DNA of 57,053 nucleotides, counting the filler, from Sphacelaria rigidula (lineage: Eukaryota), in the NCBI GenBank assembly GCA_964200075.2. It is 8 parts of 8 records of this genome, joined end to end, with 100 filler letters (N's around TTAATTAATTAA, not from the genome) between each part and the next. Parts side by side here need not be neighbours in the genome. Positions count along the whole stretch, not along the records: positions 1 to 7,045 come from CAXNAA020016783.1; positions 7,146 to 14,190 come from CAXNAA020016784.1; 6 more parts are not named here. One strand, given 5' to 3'. The notes beneath the pieces were generated by a model. The model ran no database searches and was not told where the DNA came from. It saw only the letters and a program-made list of their open reading frames with translations. Positions within the stretch are counted from its first letter, which is position 1, and the number at the start of each line of letters is the position of its first letter. A program made the translations under genes and the position numbers. Positions 1 to 12,429 of this stretch are shown piece after piece.

Positions 1-270
1 GTTACTTGTCGTTACATTTGACACCCACGCCATCAACCGCCGACCGCAAAGGTCTTGTGGCTTTCAAGCAACGCTGGCGGCAGTACGGCAGGCAAACCCG
101 ATTATAGCTAGCTTTCGTCGCTCTACTGGACTGGCTGGCGTCTGCACGGAGGTCTCCCGGCGTAGTAACATGTACCAAATTTCGCAATCTCTGTAAAAAC
201 GAAACAGTTCGGTTTTCTCAACGACATACACATGATTGAAAGGACTTTTGTGGTCTGAGGAACTGTGGCT
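1..270 (-). repeat. Dispersed ~270-bp repeat, inverted relative to the copy at 785-1052
   Basis: Reverse complement of 1-270 aligns by eye, with scattered substitutions, to 785-1052 (both give the same shadow peptide ...FYRDCEIWYMLLRR...). Confidence 0.8.
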
Positions 271-491
271 TCCCTGTCCTCCAGGCAGGTAATAAATAAC
301 GACGACAGAGATTTTGCAATCGCATGTAACACTCGCGGGGAAACATGTAGGTTCTCCTCTACGAAATTCCGCGTTTTCCAACCTACAAACCGTTTGATGC
401 CCGTTGCTTTCTAATAAGAACCTGAAACCGTTCATTTCTGTTCCGTTCTGTGCTGATCGCGGTATCGTCATGCCAAGAAAGTTTGGCATTG

Positions 492-740
492 GACTAATGC
501 CGAGATAGCCCCCCCACGGAAAGCGCACCGGAGACCGTCCGAAAAACCGGCTGCGATCCCACTATTGGGCTCGTTTGCAGCCATTTCGCCCACATGAGAG
601 GCGTGTAGCAGTCCAAAATCAGCTGTAACGCCCAGTTGAGTCGCGTCGTGCGGCATAAAACCACCTCTAACGGCATTTATGATCATCGTCCCCGTGCACG
701 TTTTTGGCTGTTTCGGGGGGGGGCTATCTCGGCAGCAGTC
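492..740. mobile_element. MITE family A, copy 1 (GAC...GTC ends, 4-bp TSD ATTG)
   Basis: TIRs GACTAATGCCGAGATAGCCCCC / GGGGCTATCTCGGCAGCAGTC; ATTG at 488-491 and 741-744; non-coding; second copy at 1055-1303. Confidence 0.85.
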
Positions 741-784
741 ATTGCCTTTTTACAGTATCTTCGCACATGTGGACGGACCCAAAG

Positions 785-1052
785 CGGCCACTTTCCCTCA
801 GACCACAAGAGTATTTTTTATCATGTTTATGTAGTTCAAAAAAACGAACTGTTTTGTTTTTACAGAGATTGCGAAATCTGGTACATGTTGCTACGCCGGG
901 CGACCTCTATGCAGACGCCAGCCAGTGCAGTAGAGCGACGATTGCTAGCTATGATCGGGTTTGCCTACCGTACTGCCGCCAGCGTTGCTTGAAAGTCACA
1001 AGACCTTTGCGGTCGGCGGTTGATGGCGTGGGTGTCAAATGCAACGACAAGT
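785..1052 (+). repeat. Dispersed ~270-bp repeat, partner of 1-270
   Basis: Diverged reverse-complement match to 1-270. Confidence 0.8.
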
Positions 1053-1054
1053 GG

Positions 1055-1303
1055 GACTGCTGCCGAGATGCCCCCCCCTCGAACCGGCCAAAAGCGTGCA
1101 CGGAGGCGATGACCATAAATGCCGTTGGAGCTGGTTTGGTGCTCCACGACGCGACTCATTTGGGCGTTACAGCTGATTTCGGACTGCTATACGCCTCTCA
1201 TGTGGGCGAAATCGCTGCAAACGAGCTCAATAGTGGGATCGCAGCCGGTTTTTCGGACGATCTCCGGTGCACTTTCTGTGGGGAGGCTATCTCGGCATTA
1301 GTC
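1055..1303. mobile_element. MITE family A, copy 2 (inverted; 4-bp TSD GTGG)
   Basis: Reverse-complement copy of 492-740 with the same TIRs; GTGG at 1051-1054 and 1304-1307. Confidence 0.85.
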
Positions 1304-1446
1304 GTGGTTAATCATAAAGCACCCTTGTTCTTCGTGGGTTCATATGTCGCCCCAGGTGGTAACGCGTGACCTCGTCACATCGAAAATATTCCTTGAAAGC
1401 TACTATACCGAGGCTGTTCACGCAGCCAGCGCGCGTGCTCCAGATT

Positions 1447-1693
1447 TGTGACGAAAATACGCCGTATGTTGAGTTGGCAGTGATGATATGGCTAATGACC
1501 GTTGGTAGTGATGATCTGGATAATGACCGGGGACACTAGGTTGATACCCTGACGTGTCTAGATGGGTGCCGTGGAAGGTCACTCCTGAACAATGAGTATG
1601 TTGTAAAGGCTGACAACTGAAACTAAGGCCAGTAAGACTGGGCAGTCCCTCAACAGCAGTGATCCAACAGTGCTTCCACTGGCTGGCGTCACA
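1447..1693 (+). repeat. 5' LTR
   Basis: TG...CA ends with a 7-bp inverted terminal repeat; 6 mismatches to 6002-6248 by manual comparison. Confidence 0.93.
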
Positions 1694-2023
1694 ATATCAA
1701 TATTGGTGCTAGTGCTATTGCTAGTTTAGTGCTAGATACCTGCTGGAAAGGATTTCGGTAGGAGTCTGGGAGCTGTAGAAACCTGATACACCACGAACGC
1801 GTGGAGAGGGTTCGAGCTGAGGCAGCTGCAGAAAGGCGGCTGGCGTGTGATTGATGCAGACTAGAGACTTGCTGATACTGCGTGCAGCGGGAGCTTGGAG
1901 GCTCCTACGACTGTGTAGTGCGGCGACGAAGCAAGGAAAGTGCAATTCGCGAAGGTCCGCTGGCCTGCAGAGGTTTGCAGGTAGCCGATTACAGACACAG
2001 CTATCGCTACAGGCTCACGAGGT

Positions 2024-5000
2024 ATGTCCACCGTGACACCCGTGGTCTTGCGGGAAGAATTGCGACCTCCCCAATACGGGGACAGGTACTCAGAGAGTGC
2101 ATCTCGCACGTTTTACACGAGATATTTGGAATACAAGAGGCGTGTGGAGCACGCTAATTCAGGGGATGCCCTGCGGCATCAGGTGGTGACCGTGGCTCAA
2201 CAAGTACCAACTCATATACAGAGAGTGTTTGCTCGTTCGAAACATAATGAGAGCACTCTCACCTCGCCGCAATTGGTTGCGGCGATCACGAAGCATGCTG
2301 GGCATGCGGCGGGCGCCGAGGTAGATGTGACCCAACCGTCCGCGGCCGTGGCGAAAGCTGTCGAAATGGATTCTTGGGGGAAAACGATGTTGGAGCGTGT
2401 GGAGCCCATCTTGGCTAATTTGGAGAAGTACTTCACGGAAAATCCGAACATAGAACTAGTATATTGCTCCCCCGATGGTAAGTTCATTCCCGGCCCGGCA
2501 GCAGTAATCACTAAGGCTTTGGTGGAGGGGTTGGCACCGAAAAATTTCAAGCAAGCCGTGCTTGTCAAGCTGCAGCACCAAACTGATTGGAAGGGCAACC
2601 CGTACCTGGTGATGAGCACCGTCGTGGCCGAGGCCAAGGAGTGGCGAAAAAAGACGTGTTCGGCCAGTCGTCCACCTCTTCGCAAAAATCTTTGCACAGC
2701 CATGGTTCGAAATCGGCGGGTCACACCGCGAGTATTACTTGCCATCGCTGTGGCCAGGTCGGCCATTACGCGCGCGATTGCCCAACGTCTTCCGGTGGAG
2801 AGTCTGGGCAGTCCAGTGCCGCGCGCCATCAGCATGGTCAAAAGACGAGGTAATCGTGGTGGCGGCGGCGGATCCTCCGGCGATGGAGGGTTGCAGGTGA
2901 GCCTTCAGCAGCAGCCGCAGCAGCAGCAGCACAATCAGCAGCAGCAGGGGCAGCAGGAGCAGCGGCGTCAGCATGAGCCTGGCTCTGGGTCCGGCGCCGC
3001 CGTAGACGCTGTTGCTCCGCAGCGGGCGGTGCAAGTGGGCCTAACTTTTACAGAGTCGAATACTGCGCCGGCGCCGGTGGTGGCGCCGGCGGCGACACCG
3101 GCAGCAGCGCCAGGCGCGACGCCTGTTGACGCGCTGGTTGGAGGGTCACCGATTTCTTCGTTTGCTGGCTGGGGGGCGTACCTGTCAGCGGTGTCATTTG
3201 AACTTGCCTGGGCGTCTTCGCCTGCGCAGCTTGCGCAGCCGTGGCGTCAAGGGGGATTAGCGACGCATAGGTCAGCGGAGGAAGTTCCCCTGGAGCTTGC
3301 CGACAGATACATTCCGGCGGAGTCGTGTCTTCCGAACTAACGGCAGCGTGGAGATGGTTAAGGTGCTGGAGCGTCAACTCCCGGGTGTGCCGCTGCGCAT
3401 CACGTTTCCGCTCGGGGCGCGGCAGGCAGTCACCGCGTCAGGTCAGCATGTTTCAGTCACGGAGCGTACTGTTCCGTTGCAGCTAGCCTTCAAGACTGCT
3501 CGGGGGCTGACGCCGTTGCCTCCGATCCCGTTTACGATTATTATAGGGTCGGATGGCGTTGTTCTTCTGGGGCTGCCGACGCTACAGGATCTAGGAGCCG
3601 ACCCGTATGAGCGGTTGAAGGACTCCATCAAGACGCGACTGTCTCTGCCTGGTCAGCATGGGGAGACTGCCCCCTTTGGGGGCAGTCGTCGCGTGAGCTT
3701 CTCGGCGGATGCTTTGCAGGAGACTGGGAGGCAGGTGACCGAGGAGCGAGATGTGGTGGTGTCACGCTTAGTAGAGCGCGACCCGGATATGTTCATGGAC
3801 CGGGCGGAGAAGGAGTCCGCTCGGAAGGTCACGCTGAAGGAGAGCGTGACGGATGCTGCGGCGAAAGGCCTCAGCGTCTCGAAAGCAGAGCGCCTGCGCG
3901 GCATATTGCATTGCCGCGTCAACGAGTTTCGTCGTGGGCTGCGGGGTGATCCCCCCTGCGCGCCTTGAGCCCATGCGTGTTCAGCTAAAACCTGGAGCGT
4001 CCGCGGCGAAGACGAAGCCGCGGCGGTATGATCCAGTGAAGTCGAGTTGGTTGGAGTTGTGCATGACGGCTCTTTTGGCGCTCGGGTTGATGTTACGGAA
4101 TTTTGCAGGCGGGGTAGTCCAGCCCAGATATAGCGTTCCCGAAGGAGGCTGCATCGTGGACGGAGGGCAGGCTGCAGGCGTTGGCGGCAGCAAAGGATGT
4201 GGTGGCTCAGGCCGTGACGCTCCTCCATTCTCGTACTGATTGTCAGGTGTTTATGTTTCCGTGTGCATCTGAGTGCCATTGGAGTAGTTTGCTCATGCAG
4301 GTGCCTACAGTTGAAATTCAAATGCCTGTGCGCGCTGTGGCTGTGTATGGTCCGTGTGAATCTGATGACTCGATGCTGTCCAAATCTGTTGTCCGCCAAG
4401 CGCAACGAAAAGAACTTGGTGCCGAAGATGCGGATGTGCGATATTTCAAGTCGGACGTTGGTACTGCTACCTTGGATAATGAAGGTCTGTTTCGTGTGCA
4501 TGTGCGTGGCCGAAACGTTTTGTGGATTCCGAGTTCTGACAAGCACTTGCAAGTACGTCTGATGATTTGCGCGCATATGCGCGACGCCGGGCATCGTGGT
4601 GTGGCTGCGACGCTCGTGCGCTTGCAAGAGTATTGTGTCTGGCAGGGGATAGAAACTCATGTGCGCGAATTTGTCCTCCAGTGTCTTTACTGTTCTGACT
4701 CTCGGGCGGGCGACGTTGTTCCCCGCCCGCTCGGCGAAACGGTCTATGGGACCACGCCGAATGAAGTCATTCATTTTTACTTCTTGTACGTAGGCGAGAG
4801 TGGCCCGCTAGCTTTCCAAGATTTGTCGGAGGATGCTGAGTTTCGATACATTTTGATAATCATGGATGATTTGAGCAACTTTGTGGCTCTGGAACCAGTA
4901 GCAGTGTGTACGACTGAATCAACCGCTGCATCTTTGCTGAATTGGTGCAAAACTTTGGGGGTGCCGCGGGTGTGGATGAGTCATACCGCAACGCATTTCA

Positions 5001-5927
5001 AGAATGCGATCTTGGTCCGATTGCGAGAGGCTTTGCGCGTTGATCACCAGTTTGCGGTAGCGTAATCTCCGTGTCTAACGGTACGTGCGAACGCATGGTC
5101 AAGGTAGTAGTTCGTGCTCTTCGCTCTATTCTTCTCGAGCAGCGTAGAGCGGTTTCCGAGTGGGTGGACGTGTTGCCGGCGGTGCAAAGGGCGCTTAATA
5201 CAGCATATCGCCGTCGTTACGATAGTACGCCGTACCACGTGATGTTTGATCGTGCCCCTCGGACGTCTTTCTCGGTGCTGGCGTCTTCGTCGGCGGGGGA
5301 ATGGGATTGTGATGTTTTGGACGATGTTCAAATTAAGAGTGCATTGCAAGGAGTCCTGAACTTGCAAGAACCTTTGCACGTTCAAGTGCAAGAACGTGTT
5401 GCCGCTGAACGTGCGCGTAGACGTGAGGAGTCCTCGTCGGAGCTGGAATTGCCGAATTTTGACGTAGACGACCATGTCTTGTATGCACGCGTGCGTCGTC
5501 CAGGAGTTACGCCCAAGTTACGGCGACTTTGACTGCTCCATGGAGAGTGGTTAGTGCTCACCACTCGCATGTGTTTGAGGTTCAGAACATTGTTTCAGGT
5601 CGTGTTCAGACCGCCCATGTAGCTCGTTTGCGTTTTTATGCACACTCGCACGTTAATGTTACGGCTGACGTTAAGGACGTGTTCCAGTATGCTTTCAATC
5701 AGGAGCAATTTCAGATGGCTGGTATTGTTCGAGTGGCAGAAGCAGATGATCGTTCGTTGATCGTGTTGGTCGACTGGGTCGGTTTCGAAGTTGAGGAGCG
5801 TACGTGGGAGCCTTTCAAGGATATTTTTGAGGCCGCTCCGGAATTTCTCACGAAGGAGTTGCATATATTGCGCATGACTCGTGCAGTTGCTGCTCGCATT
5901 ACGAGTGAGTTTGGTGTTCAATTGTGA
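2024..5927 (+). pseudogene. Disrupted gag-pol: Gag, zinc knuckle, protease, RT/RNaseH fragments, integrase, chromodomain
   Basis: CHRCGQVGHYARDC knuckle (frame of ORF 2587-2853); RT start PMRVQLKPGA...PRRY; integrase HMRDAGH...CLYC, ILIIMDDLSNFV and NGTCERMV; chromodomain VLVDWVGFEVEERTWEP. Several frameshifts, a stop at 5063-5065, and no YxDD. Confidence 0.88.
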
Positions 5928-6001
5928 CTTACTCATCGTTTTGGCGTGTTTTATGTTTCAAGCTTGTTGCTCGATTTTTGTCCAACGCGCTTTGAGGGTG
6001 C

Positions 6002-6248
6002 TGTGACGAAAATACGCCGTACGTTGACTTGGCAGTGATGATATGGATAATGACCGTTGGTAGTGATGATCTGGATAATGACCGGGGACACTAGGTTGAT
6101 ACCCTGGCGTGTCTAGATGGGTGCCGTGGAAGGTCACTCCTGAACAATGAGTATGTTGTAAAGGCTGACAACTGAAACTAAGGCCAGTAAGACTGGGCAG
6201 TCCCTCAACAGCAGTGATCCAACAGTGCTTCCATTGACTGGCGTCACA
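6002..6248 (+). repeat. 3' LTR
   Basis: Direct repeat of 1447-1693. Confidence 0.93.
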
Positions 6249-7045
6249 GAGTGCAGCATGGACGCACCCCTCTGCATCACGCTCGCAACGGTTAGATCAC
6301 GACCGTAGGTATTTTTTCTCACTCCGCATGTCAAGAAAGTCTCCACCAGTGTTTGATGTCTCATACACCTCCCCCCCAACTGGCGTCTCGCACGCTCTTG
6401 TCGTCGGGCACCCAGAGGGTCGCTCACACACATGACGGGTAAAATCAACGATGAATAACACCCCCCAAGTTCAAATTGGATCTATCTTTTGTTTTCGTCG
6501 CACCACCGCCCTTGCTGGCATGTGTGTCACAGAGAACAGTAGTAGCGGTGACGGGAACATTACCGTATGTTTCAAGGACACGTTTTTCAGCGCCCAGAGG
6601 GGCGTCCTGTCCAAAAAGAGAGGCAGAGAGAAACCCACCTTCGCATTGGTGAGCTCGACAGGCAAGAAGAGACGAAATCTCTCCGCACCTCGATGTTTCG
6701 GCACATGGAAACTTGGGTACATACTGGTAACATCGATGATGCCAGTCTCTCGAGCGATTGGTAATCGCCGAGCGAGGACACACGAAGGACACGGGCGAAG
6801 AGCTTATTGCTCTCTGTCGTTGCTCCTCTCTCTGGTGATATCGTCATCGACACGCGTGTACATCGCATTCATTAGGTGCACCTTGCCACAGCTGCTCAAC
6901 TACTGCGGATATTTGGAAGGGAAGATGGCTTCGCTCGGTAGTGAGTGTTTCGCGTGATCCCTGCAAAAAAGAAATGCCACTTAACAGCCGATCCTAATTT
7001 TTGGGGTTGAAACATAAAATGAGGTTGAAGTCCCATTTCTTCATT

Positions 7046-7145
7046 NNNNNNNNNNNNNNNNNNNNNNNNNNNNNNNNNNNNNNNNNNNNTTAATTAATTA
7101 ANNNNNNNNNNNNNNNNNNNNNNNNNNNNNNNNNNNNNNNNNNNN
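7046..7145. other. Artificial contig linker (N44-TTAATTAATTAA-N44)
   Basis: Six-frame-stop linker within Ns; recurs every 7144-7145 bp. Confidence 0.97.
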
Positions 7146-7380
7146 GAGGCTGTCACCCAAATGCAAGATGATCAGTAGGCTTTGGGCCGAACAATCTCAG
7201 TAGGATGCAGCTCACCCTTCATGCGACTCGCCGAACACACCACGGCGCTTCGCGCTTGGTGAATGTGAGCCTGGTCCGGCGTAAACCTAACCCAGCGTGC
7301 TCCGTCCCGGCTTTGTAGGGATCCGAGGTCAATGGTCAAATGACTAAGGCGAGCAAGATCATGGAACCCCCTCCCCCCCC
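7146..7380 (+). repeat. Partial copy of the ~530-bp dispersed element (family L)
   Basis: Matches 8190-8430 (GAGGCTG.CA.CCAAATGCAAGATGATCAGTAGGC...GGTCAATGGTCA); cut by the contig start. Confidence 0.75.
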
Positions 7381-7894
7381 TTCTCAAGAAGTTACTCCGT
7401 CTCCCCCTCAGTACCTACCTGGCATTTTGCCACCGACAACTGGATGATGACTATCGGCACTCCCGCATCCCCGTCGACTCTGGTCGATTTTTCTTCGCCG
7501 CTCGCGTCTTCGTGCTTTCCAAACGATGGAAAGTCACGTTAAAAGAAAGAAAGAGAATATCGTCTATTATCTATCGGCATACGAATCCACTACCTTCTGC
7601 CTCAACACTCAGACTACTAACTCATGGTGTTCGAGGGATGCTACAAAAGGGGGGAGGGGGAGGGGGAGGTGGGGGCATTGTTTGATCCCACGAAAAACAG
7701 GGGATCACCGGTGTGTGAGACTACCCGAGTATTGCTACTCGCGATGCGTTTGTATATGGGTGAAGGTGGCGTCAAGTGGTGTGAGTGAGTGTGTCTCATT
7801 GATAACAAGCGCGCTCGGACAAACGTTGTTGCTTTCAACGAAGGTTTTAGATGCAATTTCGAGGAAGAACCGGTCCACCCCCCCCCACCCCTCC

Positions 7895-8430
7895 CCACGT
7901 CCCCCATGGGGTTGGCGTCGGTTGGCAACGACGCTGTAAAATACGCCACTAATTGCGTAAGCTAGGCAACCAGGTTACCGATCTATTTTGGCGCGCTTGC
8001 GTTTTTTTTTTGAGGTGACCATGATGGTGGTCGAGCACAGATCATGTTGTGCGGGGCGAAAGGAACTCAATTCCGCGTAAAGAGGGTGATCACTCTGCGT
8101 AGTGTTTAGATGATGACGCATCTATGAGGCAGTGTGGAAGCCGTGCCTGTCTCTGGAAGTGGTGATACTAAAAAATGAAGCAACTCATTGGAGGCTGCCA
8201 TCCAAATGCAAGATGATCAGTAGGCTTCTGGTCGAACAGTCTTCGCAGGATGCAGCTCACGCTTCATGGGACTCGCCGAACACACCACGGCGCTTCGCGC
8301 TTCGGTGATTAATAGCGAGCCTGGTCCCGCGAACACCCGGCGTGCTCTGTCCCGGCTTTGTAGGGATGCTAGGTCAATGGTCATATAACTATGGCGTGCA
8401 AGATCATGAATCCACCTCCCCCCGCCCCCC
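7895..8430 (+). repeat. ~530-bp dispersed non-coding element (family L), uninterrupted copy
   Basis: Reverse-complement homology to 12430-13300 and 39040-39570; both ends abut C-rich runs. Confidence 0.75.
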
Positions 8431-8458
8431 GCTGCCTTCTATTTTTGTCCGTTTCCAG

Positions 8459-9955
8459 TCGGAAGTGCCACGCGGAAGGTGTGGCATGCGACAGACAGCC
8501 GGTGTACGGATGGCCTGGGGAGCGAGCTACGAGATGCGGTACTCACAAACTCGAGCGAACGGTGAGTTCTACCGTCGGAAGTTATACATAATATGATGGT
8601 GTGCAGCTGTATCAGCTGCTTCCAAACCGTTGCAGAAGTGAACCGCGCCTGTTGCGGGGGTCCTCGTTTGGAAAGCATGATGCGTACGGGAAACGTTGGG
8701 TGTGAAACATGGAACAACATATTACTGCGACGCACTTCTGTGGAGCCCGACTGGTGCGCCGGATTTCCGGAGTGCAGTTGAGCCAATCGGGGGTGAACTG
8801 AACCAACCCGACGCGTGGTGGTTGGTGCCGGTTCGCGGTAATTGGTGCCGGTTCGGGTCGTTGGTTGGTTTTGTTTCGGGCTAACTGGTGCCTGTTCAGA
8901 TTTTAGTCCACCTCCCCGCAAGGTACGCAGGACCCCCCCGCTACATTACCAGCTAAAATGGGCATATAGCTTGATTCTTGATTGATTGATTGTCGCACTG
9001 TAATTGACCCCCCAGGGATCCAGCCGTGGTCCCACGATGGACGTAACACTCGCTGAAGAAAAGAAGGAATAGGGAAAAAAGTCGAACAGAACTACATAGT
9101 AGACTAAGACTTGAAAAAAAAAAATTAGGGCAAGGTCAAATCGCCAGTCTTGACGAACGTACAGTTGGTGACGGTGTTATCGCCAATGCGTGGAGACCGG
9201 TGCGGCGTTTTGGAATTTCTCGGGCGGGGGGGATGGGGGTGCATTGATGGCTTCACCTTGCGCCTTTCTGGCATGTTCTGGTCTGTGCTAGTTCCCGTGT
9301 TTCGTTGTTACTTAACCCAGCTGACCAACTACGAACGGAGAGTCACGCGCATGTGCTCCTGCATGTGCGTTACGTCAGAAAAATACGGTTTACTTACATA
9401 CATATGTTCTCATGGATTGCGCGTTCCGCCGCCGTTTCGGAGGAAAGAAGAACAAAGAAGTCACCGGTTTTGTCCGCTGTGCCTTACACATTTCGTTGTG
9501 TCATACGTAGTCCAACTGTGTGTGGCCAACGCACGAATTGGCTCTGTTTAATTTTTTAATTTTTTACTTCTCATTTTATTTATTTTATTTGTTTTTATCC
9601 CAAGGATTCGTTATAATCTTCATTGAGTGTGACCAGTCAGTCTATTGCCTCGCTTCCTCCATTCCCCGTGAATCACATCCATGAGTGTATGTGTGAGTTT
9701 TTTTTTGTATGTCTCCTGATGTCATGCTCCAGCTGACCAGCTTTGACCTCTTTATGTATGCACTGTTGTTATATTCCAGCTGACGAACTTAGAAACGGGA
9801 GCCACGCGTGTGGAGAAGATGTACGATGTGCGGGGAAAACGATGTCAGGAGCCGGGGTGCACCAGACAACCGGGCTTCGGAGATCCGGTAATTGCACCGC
9901 AATCGATTTATTGACCGCATTGAAAAAGATCACGGGAGGGATGACTCTTCCTACG

Positions 9956-9997
<42 letters not shown>

Positions 9998-11325
9998 ACC
10001 CCCCACCGACACCAACAGCCCCAGAAAACGAAAGACGGGCGCATCGTGGGGGCGTGGGGGNNNNNNNNNNCCCCCCCCCCCCCCCCCCCCCCCCAGCCCC
10101 CCCGAAAAAACAACAGCCCAAGAGTGTCACGAAAAAAATGGTCGTACTGCGCCTGATGTTTTGGGTTCAGGCTGCATGAAGCGCCTCAGATCGGCGACAT
10201 GGGGCGAAAACGAACCCAAGCGTGGGAATTCCCGTCTGCTCGTTGTGCTCGGCTTCTTCCATTTCGATTTACGTGAAGATTTTGCCCTCCCGAACCACGC
10301 ACTTTTTAGGGGAAGGCTATCGTAGAAAGTGTCGAATGTTCAATATTTGCAAGTTGGAATCAAGTTGCAAACATTCGCATCGGAGCACATCACGGGGCTC
10401 CAGTTGACGACTCCGCTGTTCGTACGTTTTCGCCGCACTGTATACACGAAGTACTAGTTCTCCTTCTGAGACTATTTTTTTTCTCATCATAAACCATGTT
10501 TGTCCCCGCGCTTTCGCTTCTTTTCACAAGCGAATAATCAGTTTGATCCCTGACTCGCGGTGAGTCCTGCCTAGTCCCCTGAATATGACATCGTGCATCA
10601 ATCCCGTTATTTCAGGAAGCTACTATTTTCACTCGAATCAAGTTCAGATTAGAGGCCTGGCTACCCCTGGCAGCTCGATGACTCAAATTCAGAGTGCACG
10701 GCCTCCACCGTTTGAGCTGAACCAAAAATTGGCAATGTGGAGCCACAATTTAGAGATGGAGGGGGCATCGCTTGTTCGGGGGGTGTTATTTCCCGTGATC
10801 TACGGTGTGATTTGATCAACTTTTTTTCTATCGTATTGACAAACTCAGGAACGGTGACCACGGCGGATTTCGGTTGTCCTAACAGCGAATAACGGTGGAA
10901 GAGTATATTTGTTAGTACGTCTACCCCCAAAAATGGGAATTCATTTTCCTATGTATATAGCGCCTTGTCTTTGTGCTGCTGTGCAGCTCCGGGACTTGGA
11001 ATCCATGCGCGCTCTAAAGCGCACGATGTGTCGACACAAGTGACGCGCGCTTCTCTACTCCGATAAAGAGTTACCGTGCTGTGCTAGTGCTGGTTCAATC
11101 GATTGGTTGATTTTCATGCCGTCACTTATCCCCCCAAAATCGATGTTTGAGCGCAACGGTGGAGGTACAATAGAATAGAGGGTGCCGGGGACGAGATATG
11201 GGTTTGTCCGTCGAGACTACTGATTCGTCCCTAGCAAGGGGCAGGAGGGGTTGCACATTTCAAGCATGGCAAACGACAAACAATCGAATAAACAATCAAG
11301 CGAACAAACTCTTGCTTCGTGTCTG

Positions 11326-11362
<37 letters not shown>

Positions 11363-11492
11363 CGTCACGGCCATCGTGTCGCAGCTACGGGATAAGGGAG
11401 CGGTGCGCTGCAACGCGCACAAGCTGGAGGGGATGACCAACGTGCGCAAGCGGCGCGCCCTGGAAAGAGTGCGCAAAAGGCATCATCAACAG
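8459..11492 (+). CDS. Spliced EsV-1-7 cysteine-rich repeat protein, partial (exons 8459-8561, 9780-9887, 11385-11492)
   Basis: Each exon has a CAG acceptor and GT donor and the phases join: RKCHAEGVACDRQPVYGWPGERATRCGTHKLERT / LTNLETGATRVEKMYDVRGKRCQEPGCTRQPGFGDP / LRDKGAVRCNAHKLEGMTNVRKRRALERVRKRHHQQ, giving two C-C-C-H repeats. Start and stop not located. Confidence 0.8.
9943..10333. mobile_element. MITE family B copy (intronic; left part disturbed by poly-C and Ns)
   Basis: Right TIR GGCTATCGTAGAAAGTGTC; body matches 19443-19695; flanks GGAT/GAAT. Confidence 0.7.
11327..11360. repeat. (TG)n microsatellite
   Basis: Perfect TG run just upstream of the exon acceptor at 11384. Confidence 0.9.
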
Positions 11493-12429
11493 GTGAAACA
11501 AAATGGTCGAGGTTATCGCAGGTTTGGCGCGTCAGGTTACCCGTCGGTTGGACCGGGGGGTCGTACTAATTTATTGCTGGCCTTGGTCGTTTGACCATTT
11601 GACGACGCATCCCTTTCGAGACGGAGCACCGGCAAAAAAACCGGGGAGAAATGGCTTAATCCCTTGAGAGCACGGAATCGTCCCGAGGAAGGGAGGGGAG
11701 GGGTTCGGAGCGCGACAATTAAAAGAAAAAAGACGAAAAAAGGATGAGGGGTCGCAGTGAGAGGCGTACCCCGAACCCTCCGGCACTACTTCTTCCATGC
11801 TATGGGCTTGCCGCCGCCGCCCCGGTGATCTATTTTTGCAGCTTACATCATTATGTCGGACAAATAGACAGGTCCACTGGTTGCTATTTTTCTTCTTCTT
11901 CTTATTAAAACCGATCTGATTTCCGTCTGAGACATCGTGAGGACGCTGGGAGTGAATTATTGTACCGCAAAAGTGGTCATTAGATAAGGGGGTATATTTT
12001 CACCAGAGAATTCGGTGACGGGTTGTACAGTTGGACCAAAGATGCTGATTTTCTGCACGTTGTCGAAGTATCGGGCGTGTCGCTCGTGCCAATACGCTTC
12101 CCTCAACCAGGGTGTGTCTCAGTACGTTAATTTTCGATCGAGATTATGCCGTAGAGAAGAAGAGGAAAATTCCGATCTGATGAGGTCGTGATTTCAACAA
12201 CTATCGTCGTTCGTGTTGACATGACTACCTACCTACCAGATCGGAGTTTTTCTTCTCCCCCCTCACTTTTTCAATCCAAAATTAGTTTCCTGAAACACGG
12301 CCTCAGTACGTAATGTTTCGGGGTGCATCGAAATTACCATTGGAACATGACATGGCGCAAACGCAGTGGACATTTCGAAGCTATGGGTGCGGTTGTTATC
12401 GGGATGGTTTTCGGTACCTCAAAGTCGGG

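Larger units (their letters stand above)
1447..6248 (+). mobile_element. Ty3/gypsy LTR retrotransposon with chromodomain integrase; internally deleted, non-autonomous
   Basis: Two 247-bp direct repeats with TGTGACG...CGTCACA ends; internal gag, CCHC knuckle, protease region, RT/RNaseH remnants, integrase and chromodomain in gypsy order. TSD not clean (GATT vs GAGT). Confidence 0.93.

Noticed and set aside
64-1369. ORFs of 118-221 aa with duplicated peptides
   Set aside because: They run across MITEs and a dispersed inverted repeat; no domain recognisable.
3653-4774. 373-aa minus-strand ORF inside the LTR element
   Set aside because: Antisense to pol and spans the deletion junctions; no recognisable motifs.
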